Assembly: GCA_902783555.1 (NCBI GenBank)
Contig: CACZRB010000007.1
Coordinates: forward strand, 1 to 34,268
Direction of reading: 5' to 3'
DNA length: 34,268 bases
Source: an uncultured Erysipelotrichaceae bacterium
Lineage (GTDB): Bacteria; Bacillota_I; Bacilli_A; RF39; UBA660
Positions 17,829 through 27,600 of this stretch are shown here, in pieces. The notes below the pieces were generated by a model. It was given only the letters and a program-made list of their open reading frames with translations, was not told where the DNA came from and did no database searches. Numbering within the stretch: the stretch's first letter is position 1; the number at the start of each line of letters is the position of its first letter. The position numbers and the translations under genes are program-made.

Positions 17829-18120
17829 CTTCATCTGGTAATTTGATATTTACTTCACCATCTTTAGAAAGCATATATTTTTCTCTAGCATATTCTGCTG
17901 CATATTCTGGATCTTGTAATTTGGTTATTTGAGACTTTAATTCTTCTTCTTTTTTTAGAAGAGAAGTATAGTTTTCTTCTAATTCTTGTTTTTCTTTACG
18001 ATTGGCTAGTATTTGTGTCCAGTAATGCAATGAAAAAACTGCTAAGTATGAAATAATAATTATTATTAGCATTGACCATATTAAAACACGGCGTTTATCT
18101 TTTTTCGTAATTTTTGCCAT
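17818..18120 (-). CDS. divIC: Septum formation initiator, DivIC/FtsB family
   Basis: A basic N-terminus, one TM helix, then a coiled coil (KEKQELEENYTSLLKKEEELKSQITKLQDPEY). It follows yabP-yabQ as in Bacillus. Start set at ATG 18120, about 10 nt after AGGAGAG. The ORF-track start at 18129 is a GTG overlapping the RBS. Confidence 0.75.
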   Translation of the reverse strand: MAKITKKDKRRVLIWSMLIIIIISYLAVFSLHYWTQILANRKEKQELEENYTSLLKKEEELKSQITKLQDPEYAAEYAREKYMLSKDGEVNIKLPDEVEN

Positions 18121-18186
18121 ACTAAACACTCTCCTATGCTAAATTATATCATTTATATTTTTTAGAAAAAGTTTTTTTGCATTACT

Positions 18187-18426
18187 TTACATTTTTTTCT
18201 TTAAATTTGACGTTTTTAAAAATAAAATAAAACCTAAAATAGTACTTATCTTTAATATATAGTTAATTATTCCTAAGTTTAAATAAAACATAATATAAAT
18301 ATATCCAATAGTTAAAATAAAAGTTACCAAGCACGTCATTAGCATAGATTTAGAAATATATTTAAATATAAAACCATAAAGGAAGCCTAAAATTATAGAA
18401 ATGATAATTTGGAATAATTGATTCAT
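18187..18426 (-). CDS. yabQ: Spore cortex biosynthesis protein YabQ-like small membrane protein
   Basis: 79-aa protein with 3 TM helices. Its start overlaps the yabP stop by 1 nt, and it has the conserved yabP-yabQ-divIC position. The call rests mainly on context. Confidence 0.5.
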   Translation of the reverse strand: MNQLFQIIISIILGFLYGFIFKYISKSMLMTCLVTFILTIGYIYIMFYLNLGIINYILKISTILGFILFLKTSNLKKKM

Positions 18427-18707
18427 TATTTAAATAGTTTCATCAGGATACTATTTTCTTTTGATATTGTGTCGGTATAAGTAAATGAATTAATTTTACC
18501 TTTAATTGATACATTACCTTCTAAAGTATCTAGTTTTATCATTTCAAGATTTTCTCCTTTAATAATTATATTTCCCATTATAGACTCTAAATTAAATTCT
18601 TTATCATCAAAATTAATTATTTTTTTTATGCCGCTTATTATAATATTTTTACGATCATTTAATTTTAATACATGTGTAAATGCTGGTACATCAATCATTT
18701 TATCCAT
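18426..18707 (-). CDS. yabP: Sporulation protein YabP
   Basis: 93 aa. The pattern L.L.DRK...ISG.K.I..FD..EF.LES..G...IKGE.LE...LD...G...I.G.I....Y matches the YabP family. Confidence 0.8.
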   Translation of the reverse strand: MDKMIDVPAFTHVLKLNDRKNIIISGIKKIINFDDKEFNLESIMGNIIIKGENLEMIKLDTLEGNVSIKGKINSFTYTDTISKENSILMKLFK

Positions 18708-18756
18708 ATAAAGCCTCCTAATATAAATATATTAAGTTATATTACAATTATTCATT

Positions 18757-18782
18757 AAAAAAGTTCACATATTTGTGAACTT
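18757..18782 (-). terminator. Rho-independent terminator after spoVG
   Basis: Minus-strand hairpin AAGTTCACA / TGTGAACTT (18782-18774 / 18769-18761) followed by a U-run (complement of the A-run at 18757-18762). It overlaps the spoVG stop. Confidence 0.7.
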
Positions 18783-19035
18783 AAGCTGCTTTATTGTATT
18801 CTTCAAAAATAGCATCTTCAAATTGTTTACGTACGTCTGAATTAATAGGGTGAGCTATGTCTCTATAGCCAGTAGCAGTTTTTCTACTTGGCATTGCGAT
18901 AAATAGTCCATTTTCTCCTTCAATTATACGGATATCATGAACTGCAAAAGCGTCATCGATTAAAACTGATGCTAGTCCTTTCATGTGTGATCCTTCTTTT
19001 TCAACTTTACGTACATTTACTGATGTAATTTGCAT
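18781..19035 (-). CDS. spoVG: Septation / RNA-binding regulator SpoVG
   Basis: [11 protein letters not shown]....[34 protein letters not shown]...[12 protein letters not shown] is near-canonical SpoVG. Strong RBS GGAAGGAGTGA. Confidence 0.95.
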   Translation of the reverse strand: MQITSVNVRKVEKEGSHMKGLASVLIDDAFAVHDIRIIEGENGLFIAMPSRKTATGYRDIAHPINSDVRKQFEDAIFEEYNKAA

Positions 19036-19067
19036 AACATCACTCCTTCCATATGTTCGTTAATATA

Positions 19068-19096
19068 ATTTTAAGACCTTTTTTTAAAAATTGCAA
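19068..19096 (-). promoter_or_regulatory. Candidate promoter of spoVG
   Basis: Minus strand reads TTGCAA (19096-19091), a 17-nt spacer, then TAAAAT (19073-19068). Confidence 0.5.
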
Positions 19097-19101
19097 TAGT
19101 T

Positions 19102-19311
19102 TTATAAAAATGTTATAGAAATATCTTTACTTAATATGTCATTATATGAATAACTTTTATGGTCTATTCCATTTGATACGACAAATATATGAGAATAATA
19201 TTCTACGATATAACCATAAAATACTTCATTGCGATTACGGTTTTCTTTTGCTATTATTTTTACTTCTTGATTAAGATGATTCTTTATTTCACTTTTAATA
19301 GTATCAATCAT
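19102..19311 (-). CDS. veg: Veg-family protein (biofilm/sporulation-associated small protein)
   Basis: 69 aa. The block ..IK..L..........A...R.R......G.I.E.Y...FVV.........SYSY.DIL....ITF parallels B. subtilis Veg. It sits directly after yabG as in Bacillus, with a 4-nt overlap. Confidence 0.75.
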   Translation of the reverse strand: MIDTIKSEIKNHLNQEVKIIAKENRNRNEVFYGYIVEYYSHIFVVSNGIDHKSYSYNDILSKDISITFL

Positions 19312-20081
19312 CTAGGATACCCCACATACATAAGTCCATTTCCAATGACGCCTCCCATTCCATCTGAACCATATTTAGTTTTGTTTAATAATTCAATTAA
19401 GTTTATGGTATCTTGTTTATTTGTTAAAGCTATGGTGGTAGCAATAATAGCTGGATCTAAAGCATGGATGTTTACTCTTTTAGGGCTAGATGCAAAGTTA
19501 GCACCACATTTAATTAGTTCTTCGTAATCACTTTGGCAAGCACCGGCTATAATAACTAGTTTGTCATGGTTTTTTTCATACTTTCTTGCTTCTCTTACAG
19601 CATTACAAAAATATTTAGAATTTTTATAATTATTTAAATCATGTTTATTACCTTTCTTTTTATAATAAGCATCATGGCCTGTTATTATGACTATATCTGG
19701 GTCATACTCTTTAATAAATTTTGGAACTTTAATTGGCAAGTCTTCTTCTTTTATAACTTTGCCTATGGCTTGAAGCTTATGTTCTTTGTAGTATTTTAAA
19801 CATCTATTTAAATAATCAGAATCACCATCACAATGAAGAATTCTAGCTGGTAAATAAAAGTATTCATTTCGATCTGATATATCTGGTTCTTCTATTGTTT
19901 CTTCAAAGTTATCATTAGCTGTTTTATCATAAAGTGTTAAATCTTCAAGCGGACTATCCGCATATAGTCTTATATTTTCTCCTTTAAGATAAGAGATATT
20001 ATCTTCAATATTTAATATTTTAAATATTATGTCATGATTGTAACTAATTCTTGTGACTTTGTCTCCTATTTTAAGATCCAT
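19308..20081 (-). CDS. yabG: Sporulation-specific peptidase YabG (peptidase U57)
   Basis: The ILHCDGDSDYLNRCLKYY block and the PDIVIITGHDAY block are characteristic of YabG. It has the conserved rsmA-yabG-veg position. Confidence 0.85.
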   Translation of the reverse strand: MDLKIGDKVTRISYNHDIIFKILNIEDNISYLKGENIRLYADSPLEDLTLYDKTANDNFEETIEEPDISDRNEYFYLPARILHCDGDSDYLNRCLKYYKEHKLQAIGKVIKEEDLPIKVPKFIKEYDPDIVIITGHDAYYKKKGNKHDLNNYKNSKYFCNAVREARKYEKNHDKLVIIAGACQSDYEELIKCGANFASSPKRVNIHALDPAIIATTIALTNKQDTINLIELLNKTKYGSDGMGGVIGNGLMYVGYPR

Positions 20082-20122
20082 TTTTCCACCTAAAAAAATA
20101 TATGCAAAAAAATAGATAATTA

Positions 20123-20899
20123 TTATAAATTATCTACAATATCTATAAATACTTCAAGTGGAATATCTTCAGCGCGATTATTTAAAGTATATCCATGTTT
20201 ATTTAGAATATATTCAATCTTTTTTAAATCATAGTTTTTTAAATTATTGCGTAAATTCTTCCGTTTATATTGAAATGAATGCTTTAAAAAATTATTAAAT
20301 TTGTTAAAATCAACACTATTTTTTTCCTTCCTTGTAAACTTTACTACTACACTATCTACTTTTGGCATGGGATAAAAACATTTACGGCTTACATTAAATA
20401 GTGATTCAATATTATAAAAATAGTTTAATAAAACTGTGATATATCCATATTCTTTTGTCTTAGGTTTTGCAGAAAGTCTTTCTCCCACTTCTTTTTGCAT
20501 CATTAATGTAAGTGATTTAGGATTTATATTTGATAATGTTAATTTTTCAATTATAGGTGTTGTAATATAATAAGGAATGTTAGCAACCACATAGACATTT
20601 TCATGAGGTATTTTATTTATATCATCTTCAATATTAGTCTCTAAAAAGTCTTTAAAAATAAATCTAGTTTTAGAATTCGCTATTGATTCTAATTTTTCTT
20701 TTAATGATATATCTATTTCATAGCATAAGAGATATGAATTATGTTTTTGCAAGTATTTAGTTAAATTACCACTTCCTGGGCCAATCTCAATAATTAAATC
20801 ATTTTCTGTAGGATTAATTGAATTTGATATTTTATCTAATATATTATTATCTTGTAGAAAATTTTGTCCAAATTTCTTTTTAAAAATATGCTCATTCAT
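20123..20899 (-). CDS. rsmA: 16S rRNA (adenine1518/1519-N6)-dimethyltransferase RsmA/KsgA
   Basis: KKFGQNFL, the SAM motif EIGPGSGNLT, and the NIPYYITTPI block. Start set at ATG 20899, after AGAGGA. The ORF-track start at 20920 is a TTG. Confidence 0.93.
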   Translation of the reverse strand: MNEHIFKKKFGQNFLQDNNILDKISNSINPTENDLIIEIGPGSGNLTKYLQKHNSYLLCYEIDISLKEKLESIANSKTRFIFKDFLETNIEDDINKIPHENVYVVANIPYYITTPIIEKLTLSNINPKSLTLMMQKEVGERLSAKPKTKEYGYITVLLNYFYNIESLFNVSRKCFYPMPKVDSVVVKFTRKEKNSVDFNKFNNFLKHSFQYKRKNLRNNLKNYDLKKIEYILNKHGYTLNNRAEDIPLEVFIDIVDNL

Positions 20900-20982
20900 A
20901 ATAAAAATTTCCTCTTTCAAGGAAATTTTATCATATTTTAATAAATAATTAAATGTAATTATAGTTTTACTAAGATATTTCT

Positions 20983-21012
20983 AAAAGAAAAAGATAGTTT
21001 AAAACTATCTTT
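20983..21012 (-). terminator. Rho-independent terminator after the DPBB/3D-like gene
   Basis: Hairpin AAAGATAGTT (20990-20999) / AACTATCTTT (21003-21012). On the minus strand it is followed by a TTTCTTTT run. It overlaps the stop codon at 21005-21007. Confidence 0.5.
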
Positions 21013-21547
21013 TATACCCATATCTTAATACATTATAACTAATTAAGTGTCTACCAATGTACTTAGATGCAAATTCTTCACTTTCAACTAATAAATCTAA
21101 ATCGGTTCCTAAAACTCCACGGTCTAGTACAATAGCTGTAATGGTTCCTTCTTCTTTTATAACATTACCATCAAATTGTAGTATTGATCCACATGGTAAG
21201 TTTTTAGAAGATGCCACTATTCTAACAGTACCATAATCTTTATCTTCATAAGTATCAGTGCCATCTAAAACATTTTGGCCTGTGCATCCTAAATGACCAT
21301 TACATAGCGGGCAGTTAGCCGCATAACCAGTTAAATCTCCATTATATACATCTAATGGAGTATATAAATCATTTCTTTTTATTTCTTCGTATTTAACTGC
21401 CATAGCATGTAAATCTAAAGTTTTATTTAAATTATGATTTGTTGTTTTAGTTTCAGAATGTGGGATATTAACTGTAGTACATGTAAAAATAAAAAGTACT
21501 ATAACTAAACCTTGAAAAATGTTTAAAAATCTTTTTATAACTATCAC
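21005..21547 (-). CDS. Secreted or anchored protein with a C-terminal 3D/RlpA-like double-psi beta-barrel domain (YabE position)
   Basis: N-terminal hydrophobic anchor and a Cys cluster CPLCNGHLGC. The C-terminal block VRIVASSKNLPCGSILQF.....AIVLDRGVLGTDLDLLV resembles the Asp-rich 3D domain. It occupies the slot of yabE between tatD and rsmA. The start codon is uncertain (GTG in the track). Confidence 0.5.
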   Translation of the reverse strand: MIVIKRFLNIFQGLVIVLFIFTCTTVNIPHSETKTTNHNLNKTLDLHAMAVKYEEIKRNDLYTPLDVYNGDLTGYAANCPLCNGHLGCTGQNVLDGTDTYEDKDYGTVRIVASSKNLPCGSILQFDGNVIKEEGTITAIVLDRGVLGTDLDLLVESEEFASKYIGRHLISYNVLRYGYKR

Positions 21548-21577
21548 CTACATTCTAAAATAATTGTAGCATGATTA

Positions 21578-22330
21578 TTATGTTATGTCAAAAATATCAA
21601 ATAAGTTATTTTCTAAACATGTAGATAATTCTTTTAAAGAGATATTATAAATATTAGCTAATTCTTCAGCAACAAATTTTAAATACATCGGTTCATTAGG
21701 TAACCCCCTTAAAGGTGCAGGTGTTAGGTATGGACTATCTGTTTCGAGCAAAATACTAGATAAAGGTACTTCTTTTAAAGTATTTTTAAGATTAGAATTT
21801 TTAAAAGTTAGTACTCCACCTATTCCTAACTTAAAGCCAAGTTTTAAGTATTCTCTAGCTGTTTCTATACTTCCTGAAAAGCAATGGATAATTCCTTTTA
21901 AACGATGGCTTTTTAATAATCTTAATAAATCATCAGTAGCATCTCGGTTATGAATAATTACTGGTAAGTTTAATTCTTCGGCTAAATTAAATAAAGTATT
22001 TAATAAGTTTAACTGCTCTTCTTTATTTTCTTTATTATGAAAGTAATCTAGTCCTATTTCTCCTATAGCGATGATTTTAGGATTATTAGCATTTTCTCTA
22101 ATTAGTTTTAAGTTTTCTTCTAAGTTTTCCTCTATATTATCAGGATGAATACCAAGAGCTCCATATACATTTGGATATTTTGTTGATAATTCAATAACTT
22201 CTTTATTGGTTTTTAAATTATAGCCATTTATTATAATCCTCTTAATTTTATTACTATCTAAATTGTTAATAATGTCTTCTGGATTATAATATGATGTAGA
22301 CAAAATATGGCAATGTGTATCAGTAAACAT
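21578..22330 (-). CDS. tatD: TatD-family metal-dependent DNase/hydrolase (YabD)
   Basis: DTHCH at the N-terminus, GEIGLDY, HNRDA, HCFSG and ETDSPYL blocks. Start set at ATG 22330, 6 nt after AGGAG. The ORF-track start at 22345 is a TTG. Confidence 0.9.
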   Translation of the reverse strand: MFTDTHCHILSTSYYNPEDIINNLDSNKIKRIIINGYNLKTNKEVIELSTKYPNVYGALGIHPDNIEENLEENLKLIRENANNPKIIAIGEIGLDYFHNKENKEEQLNLLNTLFNLAEELNLPVIIHNRDATDDLLRLLKSHRLKGIIHCFSGSIETAREYLKLGFKLGIGGVLTFKNSNLKNTLKEVPLSSILLETDSPYLTPAPLRGLPNEPMYLKFVAEELANIYNISLKELSTCLENNLFDIFDIT

Positions 22331-22357
22331 AATTTCTCCTTTCAAAAAAAGGTGATT

Positions 22358-23899
22358 TTATTCACCTATTTCAATTCTATTAAATAAGATTTGTGGTTCT
22401 TTTAATTTTGTACCAGATTTATAAACTCCGAAATGAACAGTACTTTCATATGAAGTTTCATCACTATTTAATAAATCAAAGATTTTAGCACTTGTATCTG
22501 GAATAAACGCTTGTAAATATACAGCTGATACTCTAATTGCTTCAATTAAATTATAAAGTACTGTTTTTAATCTATCAGATTGATTTTCATCTTTAGCTAA
22601 AATCCATGGAGTTGTTTCGTCAATATATTTATTTGCAGCTCTTAAAACTTCAAATACATCAGTAATTGCATCAGCAATTTTTAAGTTATTCATGTCTTCT
22701 TTTACTTTAGAACCTAAATTTTCACATAGATTTATTAGCACTTTATCATGTTCATCTGAAACATTTTTATTTTCTACTATTCCGTTAAAATATTTATGAC
22801 TCATTGAGATTGTACGGTTTACTAAGTTACCTAAAATATTTGCAAGATCTGAATTATTTCTTTCAGCAATTAGTTCTTCAGTTATATTACCATCGTCTGC
22901 AAATGGTATTTCATGTAAAACATAATATCTTATTGTATCTAAGCCATATTTTTCAACTAAATCATCTGCGTATAATACATTGCCTTTAGATTTACTCATT
23001 TTATCAGAAGCAGTAAGTAACCATGGGTGTCCAAATACTCGTTTTGGTAGAGGAACATCTAATGCCATTAATATAATAGGCCAGTAAATAGTGTGAAATC
23101 TAATAATATCTTTTCCTATTAAATGTAAATCAGCTGGCCAATATTTTTTGAAAAAATCTGATTCATTGTCAACATCGTATCCAGGAAATGTAATATAGTT
23201 AGATAAAGCATCAATCCATACATATACTACATGCTTATCATTAAAGTCTACTTTAACTCCCCAATCAAAGGCAGTACGTGAAACACATAAGTCTTGAAGA
23301 CCTGGTTTTAGAAAGTTATTTATCATTTCATTTTTTCTTGATTCAGGTGCGATAAATTCAGGATGCTCTTCAATATGTTTAATTAGTCTATCTTGATATT
23401 TTGATAGTCTAAAGAAGTAAGCTTCTTCACTTTTCTTTTCTACTGGGCGCCCACAGTCTGGACATTTTCCATCAATAAGCTGTGTTTCAGTAAAAAATGA
23501 TTCGCATGGGGTACAATACCATCCTTCATATTTATCTAAATATATGTCACCTTGATCATATAATTTTTTAAAAATATGTTGAACTTTCTTTTTATGATCA
23601 GGATCAGATGTTCTTACAAATCTATCATATGTAGTATTCATAGTATCCCAAATTCTTTTTATTTCTGCTGCTTTTTCATCTACAAATTCTTGAGGAGTTA
23701 AACCAGCTTCTTTAGCTTTTAATTCAATTTTTTCTCCATGTTCATCTGTACCAGTTTGAAAATAAACATCATATCCTTCTAATCTTTTGTTTCTGGCAAT
23801 TGCGTCTGCTAAAACAATTTCATAAGTATTTCCAATATGTGGTTTTCCTGAAGCATAAGCGATTGCAGTTGAAATGTAAAATTTCTTTTTTTCTTCCAT
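22358..23899 (-). CDS. metG: Methionine--tRNA ligase (short form, no C-terminal tRNA-binding domain)
   Basis: HIGH-type motif (GKPHIGN), KMSKS present, and the zinc knuckle CTPCESF...CPDCGRP. 513 aa ending right after the anticodon-binding domain. Confidence 0.97.
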   Translation of the reverse strand: MEEKKKFYISTAIAYASGKPHIGNTYEIVLADAIARNKRLEGYDVYFQTGTDEHGEKIELKAKEAGLTPQEFVDEKAAEIKRIWDTMNTTYDRFVRTSDPDHKKKVQHIFKKLYDQGDIYLDKYEGWYCTPCESFFTETQLIDGKCPDCGRPVEKKSEEAYFFRLSKYQDRLIKHIEEHPEFIAPESRKNEMINNFLKPGLQDLCVSRTAFDWGVKVDFNDKHVVYVWIDALSNYITFPGYDVDNESDFFKKYWPADLHLIGKDIIRFHTIYWPIILMALDVPLPKRVFGHPWLLTASDKMSKSKGNVLYADDLVEKYGLDTIRYYVLHEIPFADDGNITEELIAERNNSDLANILGNLVNRTISMSHKYFNGIVENKNVSDEHDKVLINLCENLGSKVKEDMNNLKIADAITDVFEVLRAANKYIDETTPWILAKDENQSDRLKTVLYNLIEAIRVSAVYLQAFIPDTSAKIFDLLNSDETSYESTVHFGVYKSGTKLKEPQILFNRIEIGE

Positions 23900-23919
23900 T
23901 TTAATCTATCCTTTCTAAT

Positions 23920-24116
23920 AAAAAAATTCATGAAGTTAAGGACTGAAAGACCAGCGGTACCACCTTAATTCATGAATTATCATGCACTTAATTCTTTAAC
24001 GCAGAAATACGTTTGAACTCCAGAGCCATGTTCATTAAAGCTAATTAATTCTTTTTCACCAATTAAGAACTCTCTAAATAATTAGTCATTAATTACTCTT
24101 TCCTTCTTTGTCCAAT
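23920..24116 (-). promoter_or_regulatory. T-box riboswitch leader (Met specifier) controlling metG
   Basis: The minus strand carries the T-box sequence AATTAAGGTGGTACCGCTGG (23970-23951). The terminator helix UUCAUGAAUUAAGG / CCUUAACUUCAUGAA (23976-23927) is followed by a U-run (23926-23920). A Stem I AGAGAG/GGUGAAA element is present, and a specifier-loop context GAAC-AUG-G has AUG at 24029-24027. Confidence 0.85.
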
Positions 24117-24122
24117 AAAACG

Positions 24123-24151
24123 ATTTTATCATAGGATTTTTTTAAAATCAA
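24123..24151 (-). promoter_or_regulatory. Candidate sigma-A promoter of the metG T-box leader
   Basis: Minus strand reads TTGATT (24151-24146), a 17-nt spacer, then an extended -10 TGaTAAAAT (-10 hexamer 24128-24123). Confidence 0.6.
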
Positions 24152-24172
24152 GAAGTCTATGTAATTTTTTAT

Positions 24173-24601
24173 TTAATTACTTTGAGATGTCGTTAAAAAA
24201 ATAGTAATAATTCTAGATATTAACTTTGATAGTTTAGATAAATCGTTATTGGATTGATCATATATTATAATTTGTCCAATAATAGTAGAATCTATAATAA
24301 TGTCAGTAGTATATTCATTATTAGTTTTTTTAGTTAAATTTGAGAAAATTGTCTTTTCTCTATCGGTTATTACTATTTCCAATTTATATATTTCAGTTAA
24401 TTGGTTACATAATTCATTAATAAACTTATTATAATTATTTAAATAAGAATATTTTGATATATTTATTCTGTTATTATCTAAACTAATTAGTATACTTTCA
24501 TTATCTTGTATTTTTAATTTATTGCGAACTTCTTTAGGAATAACTATTCTTCCAAGTTCATCAATTTTTCTAATATAATTATTTGAATTCACATACATCA
24601 C
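24173..24601 (-). CDS. spoVT: AbrB/SpoVT-family transition-state or sporulation regulator (SpoVT position)
   Basis: N-terminal SpoVT-AbrB swapped-hairpin motif IRKIDELGRIVIPKEVRNKLKI plus a ~90-aa C-terminal domain. It lies directly downstream of mfd as spoVT does in Bacillus. The first codon is GTG (24601) with ATG as the next codon (24598), so either may be the start. Confidence 0.7.
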   Translation of the reverse strand: MMYVNSNNYIRKIDELGRIVIPKEVRNKLKIQDNESILISLDNNRINISKYSYLNNYNKFINELCNQLTEIYKLEIVITDREKTIFSNLTKKTNNEYTTDIIIDSTIIGQIIIYDQSNNDLSKLSKLISRIITIFLTTSQSN

Positions 24602-24630
24602 TAAAGATATTTTGTCCTACAGATAAATTT

Positions 24631-27600
24631 TTATTCAATATCATTTATAATTTCTTCTAATAATTCTACAAAGTAATATAGATAATGTTTATCTAAGTTA
24701 ATAATTGGCAATCTAATAATTATTCTCTTATTCATGTATCTAATAGAGAATTTAGGATTAATTGAATATAATTTTAAGAATAATTTTTCACCATTTATCT
24801 TTGATGATGTTTCAGGAGGTAGATACAATTCGATATATGTTCTAGTTTGAATAACATCTTTAATATTTAACTTTGAGGCCAATTTTTCAAACCATTCTTC
24901 GTACATGTAGATTTCCATTTTATCGTTTATTTTGCCAAATCTGTCTTCTATTTCAGCTTTTATTTTAGTTAATGATTCGTAATCTTTAATTTTATTTATT
25001 AACTGATGTATTTCAATTCTAACGCTTTCATCAGACACATATGATTCTTCAATATGAGTGTCTACATTTATTAGTGTTTTATCGTTTAGTTTCTCTTCTT
25101 TATTTTCTATTCCATGTAATTCATTTAGAGTCTCTTCAATTAATTTAGTATACATTTCAATTCCTACTGAATCAATAAATCCTGCTTGTTCACTTCCTAA
25201 TAAATCTCCAGCTCCACGAATTGCTAAATCACGCATGGCAATTTTATAACCTGAACCTAACTCAGTAAATTCTTTAATTGCTGATAATCGCTTTGTTGCA
25301 ACTTCATTTAGTATTTTTTTATTATTATAAGTTAAATAAGCATAAGCTATTTTATTACTACGACCTACTCGGCCTCTTAATTGGTATAATTGTGATAGAC
25401 CGTAATTTTGTGCATCTATTATTATTAAAGTGTTTACATTAGAAATATCAATACCTGTTTCAATTATTGTTGTGCATACTAATATATCATATTTTTTGTC
25501 AATAAAATCTTCAATTACAGTGTCAAGAGAATTCTTGTCCATTTGACCATGTGCGTAACATATCTTAGCTTCTGGTACTAATCTTTGTAAACGATTTGTT
25601 TCATCTTCGATATTTGATACATTATTATACAAGTAAAATACTTGTCCATTTCTTGCCAATTCCTTGTAAATTGCTTCTTTAATTAGTAAATCACTCTGTT
25701 CAATAACATAGGTTTGAACTGGATATCTATCTAATGGGGCAGTGTCTAATATTGATAAATCCTTAAGACCAGTCATTGCCATTTTTAATGTTCTTGGGAT
25801 TGGAGTAGCAGATAATGTTAATACATTAATATTTTTAGTTAACTCTTTAATTTTTTCTTTTTGGGATACTCCAAATCTTTGTTCTTCATCTACTACTAGA
25901 AGACCTAAGTTTTTATATTTTATTTTTTCATTAAATAGTTTATGTGTTCCAAATATTAAATCAATTTTTCCTTCTTCTAATTCGTTGATAATACGATTAA
26001 AATCTTTTATACTTGTAAATCTATTAACAATTTCAATATTAATAGCAAAATCTTTAAATCTTTCAATAGCATTAGAGTATTGTTGTTTAGAAAGTATGGT
26101 TGTTGGACAGAGATATGCAACTTGATAACCATTTATTATTGTATTAAAAATAGCGCGGAATGCTACTTCCGTTTTTCCGAAACCAACATCTCCACATAAT
26201 AGTCTATCCATTGGTTTATCTGATCTTAAATCATTTAATATATCATTCACACATCTAGTTTGATCTTTAGTTTCAGTATATTCAAAATTACTTGCAAAAA
26301 CTAAGTCTTCTGGATATTCTTTAAATTTTGGACTTTTGATTTTTGAGCGTTCAGCATACAATTTTAATAGTTGCTCTGAAATATCTTTAACTTTTGCTTT
26401 TACACTACTTTTTGTTTTAGCCCAAGCAGGAGAGTTTAGTTTATTAATCTTTGGTGGCGTACCATCTGCATCTGAATACTTAAATATTGTATGAATTTTT
26501 TCTACAGGAATATATATTTTATCTGTACCAGCATAATTAATAAGTAAATAGTCTTTTTGTATACCATTTTGTGTTAATGTTACAACTCCATTATAGATAC
26601 CTATACCATGGGCTGAGTGCACAACATAATCTCCCTTTTTTATATCATTAAAATCTTTAATTTTACGTCCAATTTTTACTGTATTATTATAAGAATGTTT
26701 TACACTCTTATTTTCAATATCATTATCACTAATTATAATATAATTATTCAATATAAAACCATGATTTATCTTATTTTTGATAAGGTAGAGGTTTCCTTTT
26801 GTGTATTCTTTACCATTTGAAAAAGTAAATAATTCTTTAAGATACGTTATTGTTTTTTCATTGCTTATTGAAAATATTATTGTATTGTCTTGTTTATTAT
26901 TGTCAATATAAGTTTTTAAGTGATTAAAATTAGTGTTAAAGTTTTCTAATGTATTAGATTTTATATCTAAATACCCTGGATTATTAAATGTTGATAAGTT
27001 TATTTCTTCTTTAATATTTATATCCTCTAAATTAAACATGTATTTGTGAGACGCTGGAATATCTTTTTCTATTTTATAGTTAAATATTTGCTCTTGTAAT
27101 GTTTTATATGCTACTTTTATGTTTTCCGGATCGATATTAATTACTATAGGATTATCTAATAAATCATATATACTTGAATTATCAGATAAATTTATTTCAT
27201 CATATGGTAGTATATCTATACTATTTAGTTCTTCAATAGATAATTGGGTTTCTGCATCAAATAGTTTTATTTTTTCGATAGTACTTCCAAATAATTCAAT
27301 TCGAATAGGGTTTTGATAATTATATGGAAATAAATCAATTACAAAGCCTCGAATAGAATATTCACCAGATGAAGAAACTATAGACGTTTTATTATAGCCA
27401 AATTTGGCAAGTAATTCTTCAAATGTTTGGCGATTAATATCAGTATTTTTTTCTAATTTTATTATAAGTTTCTCAATTGTTTTAGATGAAGGAACAAATT
27501 TTAAGAATCCAGTAAGATTAGTAACAATTATTTTTCTTTTTGCATTCTTTATATTATTTAACGTTTCTAGACGTTTCACTTTTAAGTCAGGAGATATCGC

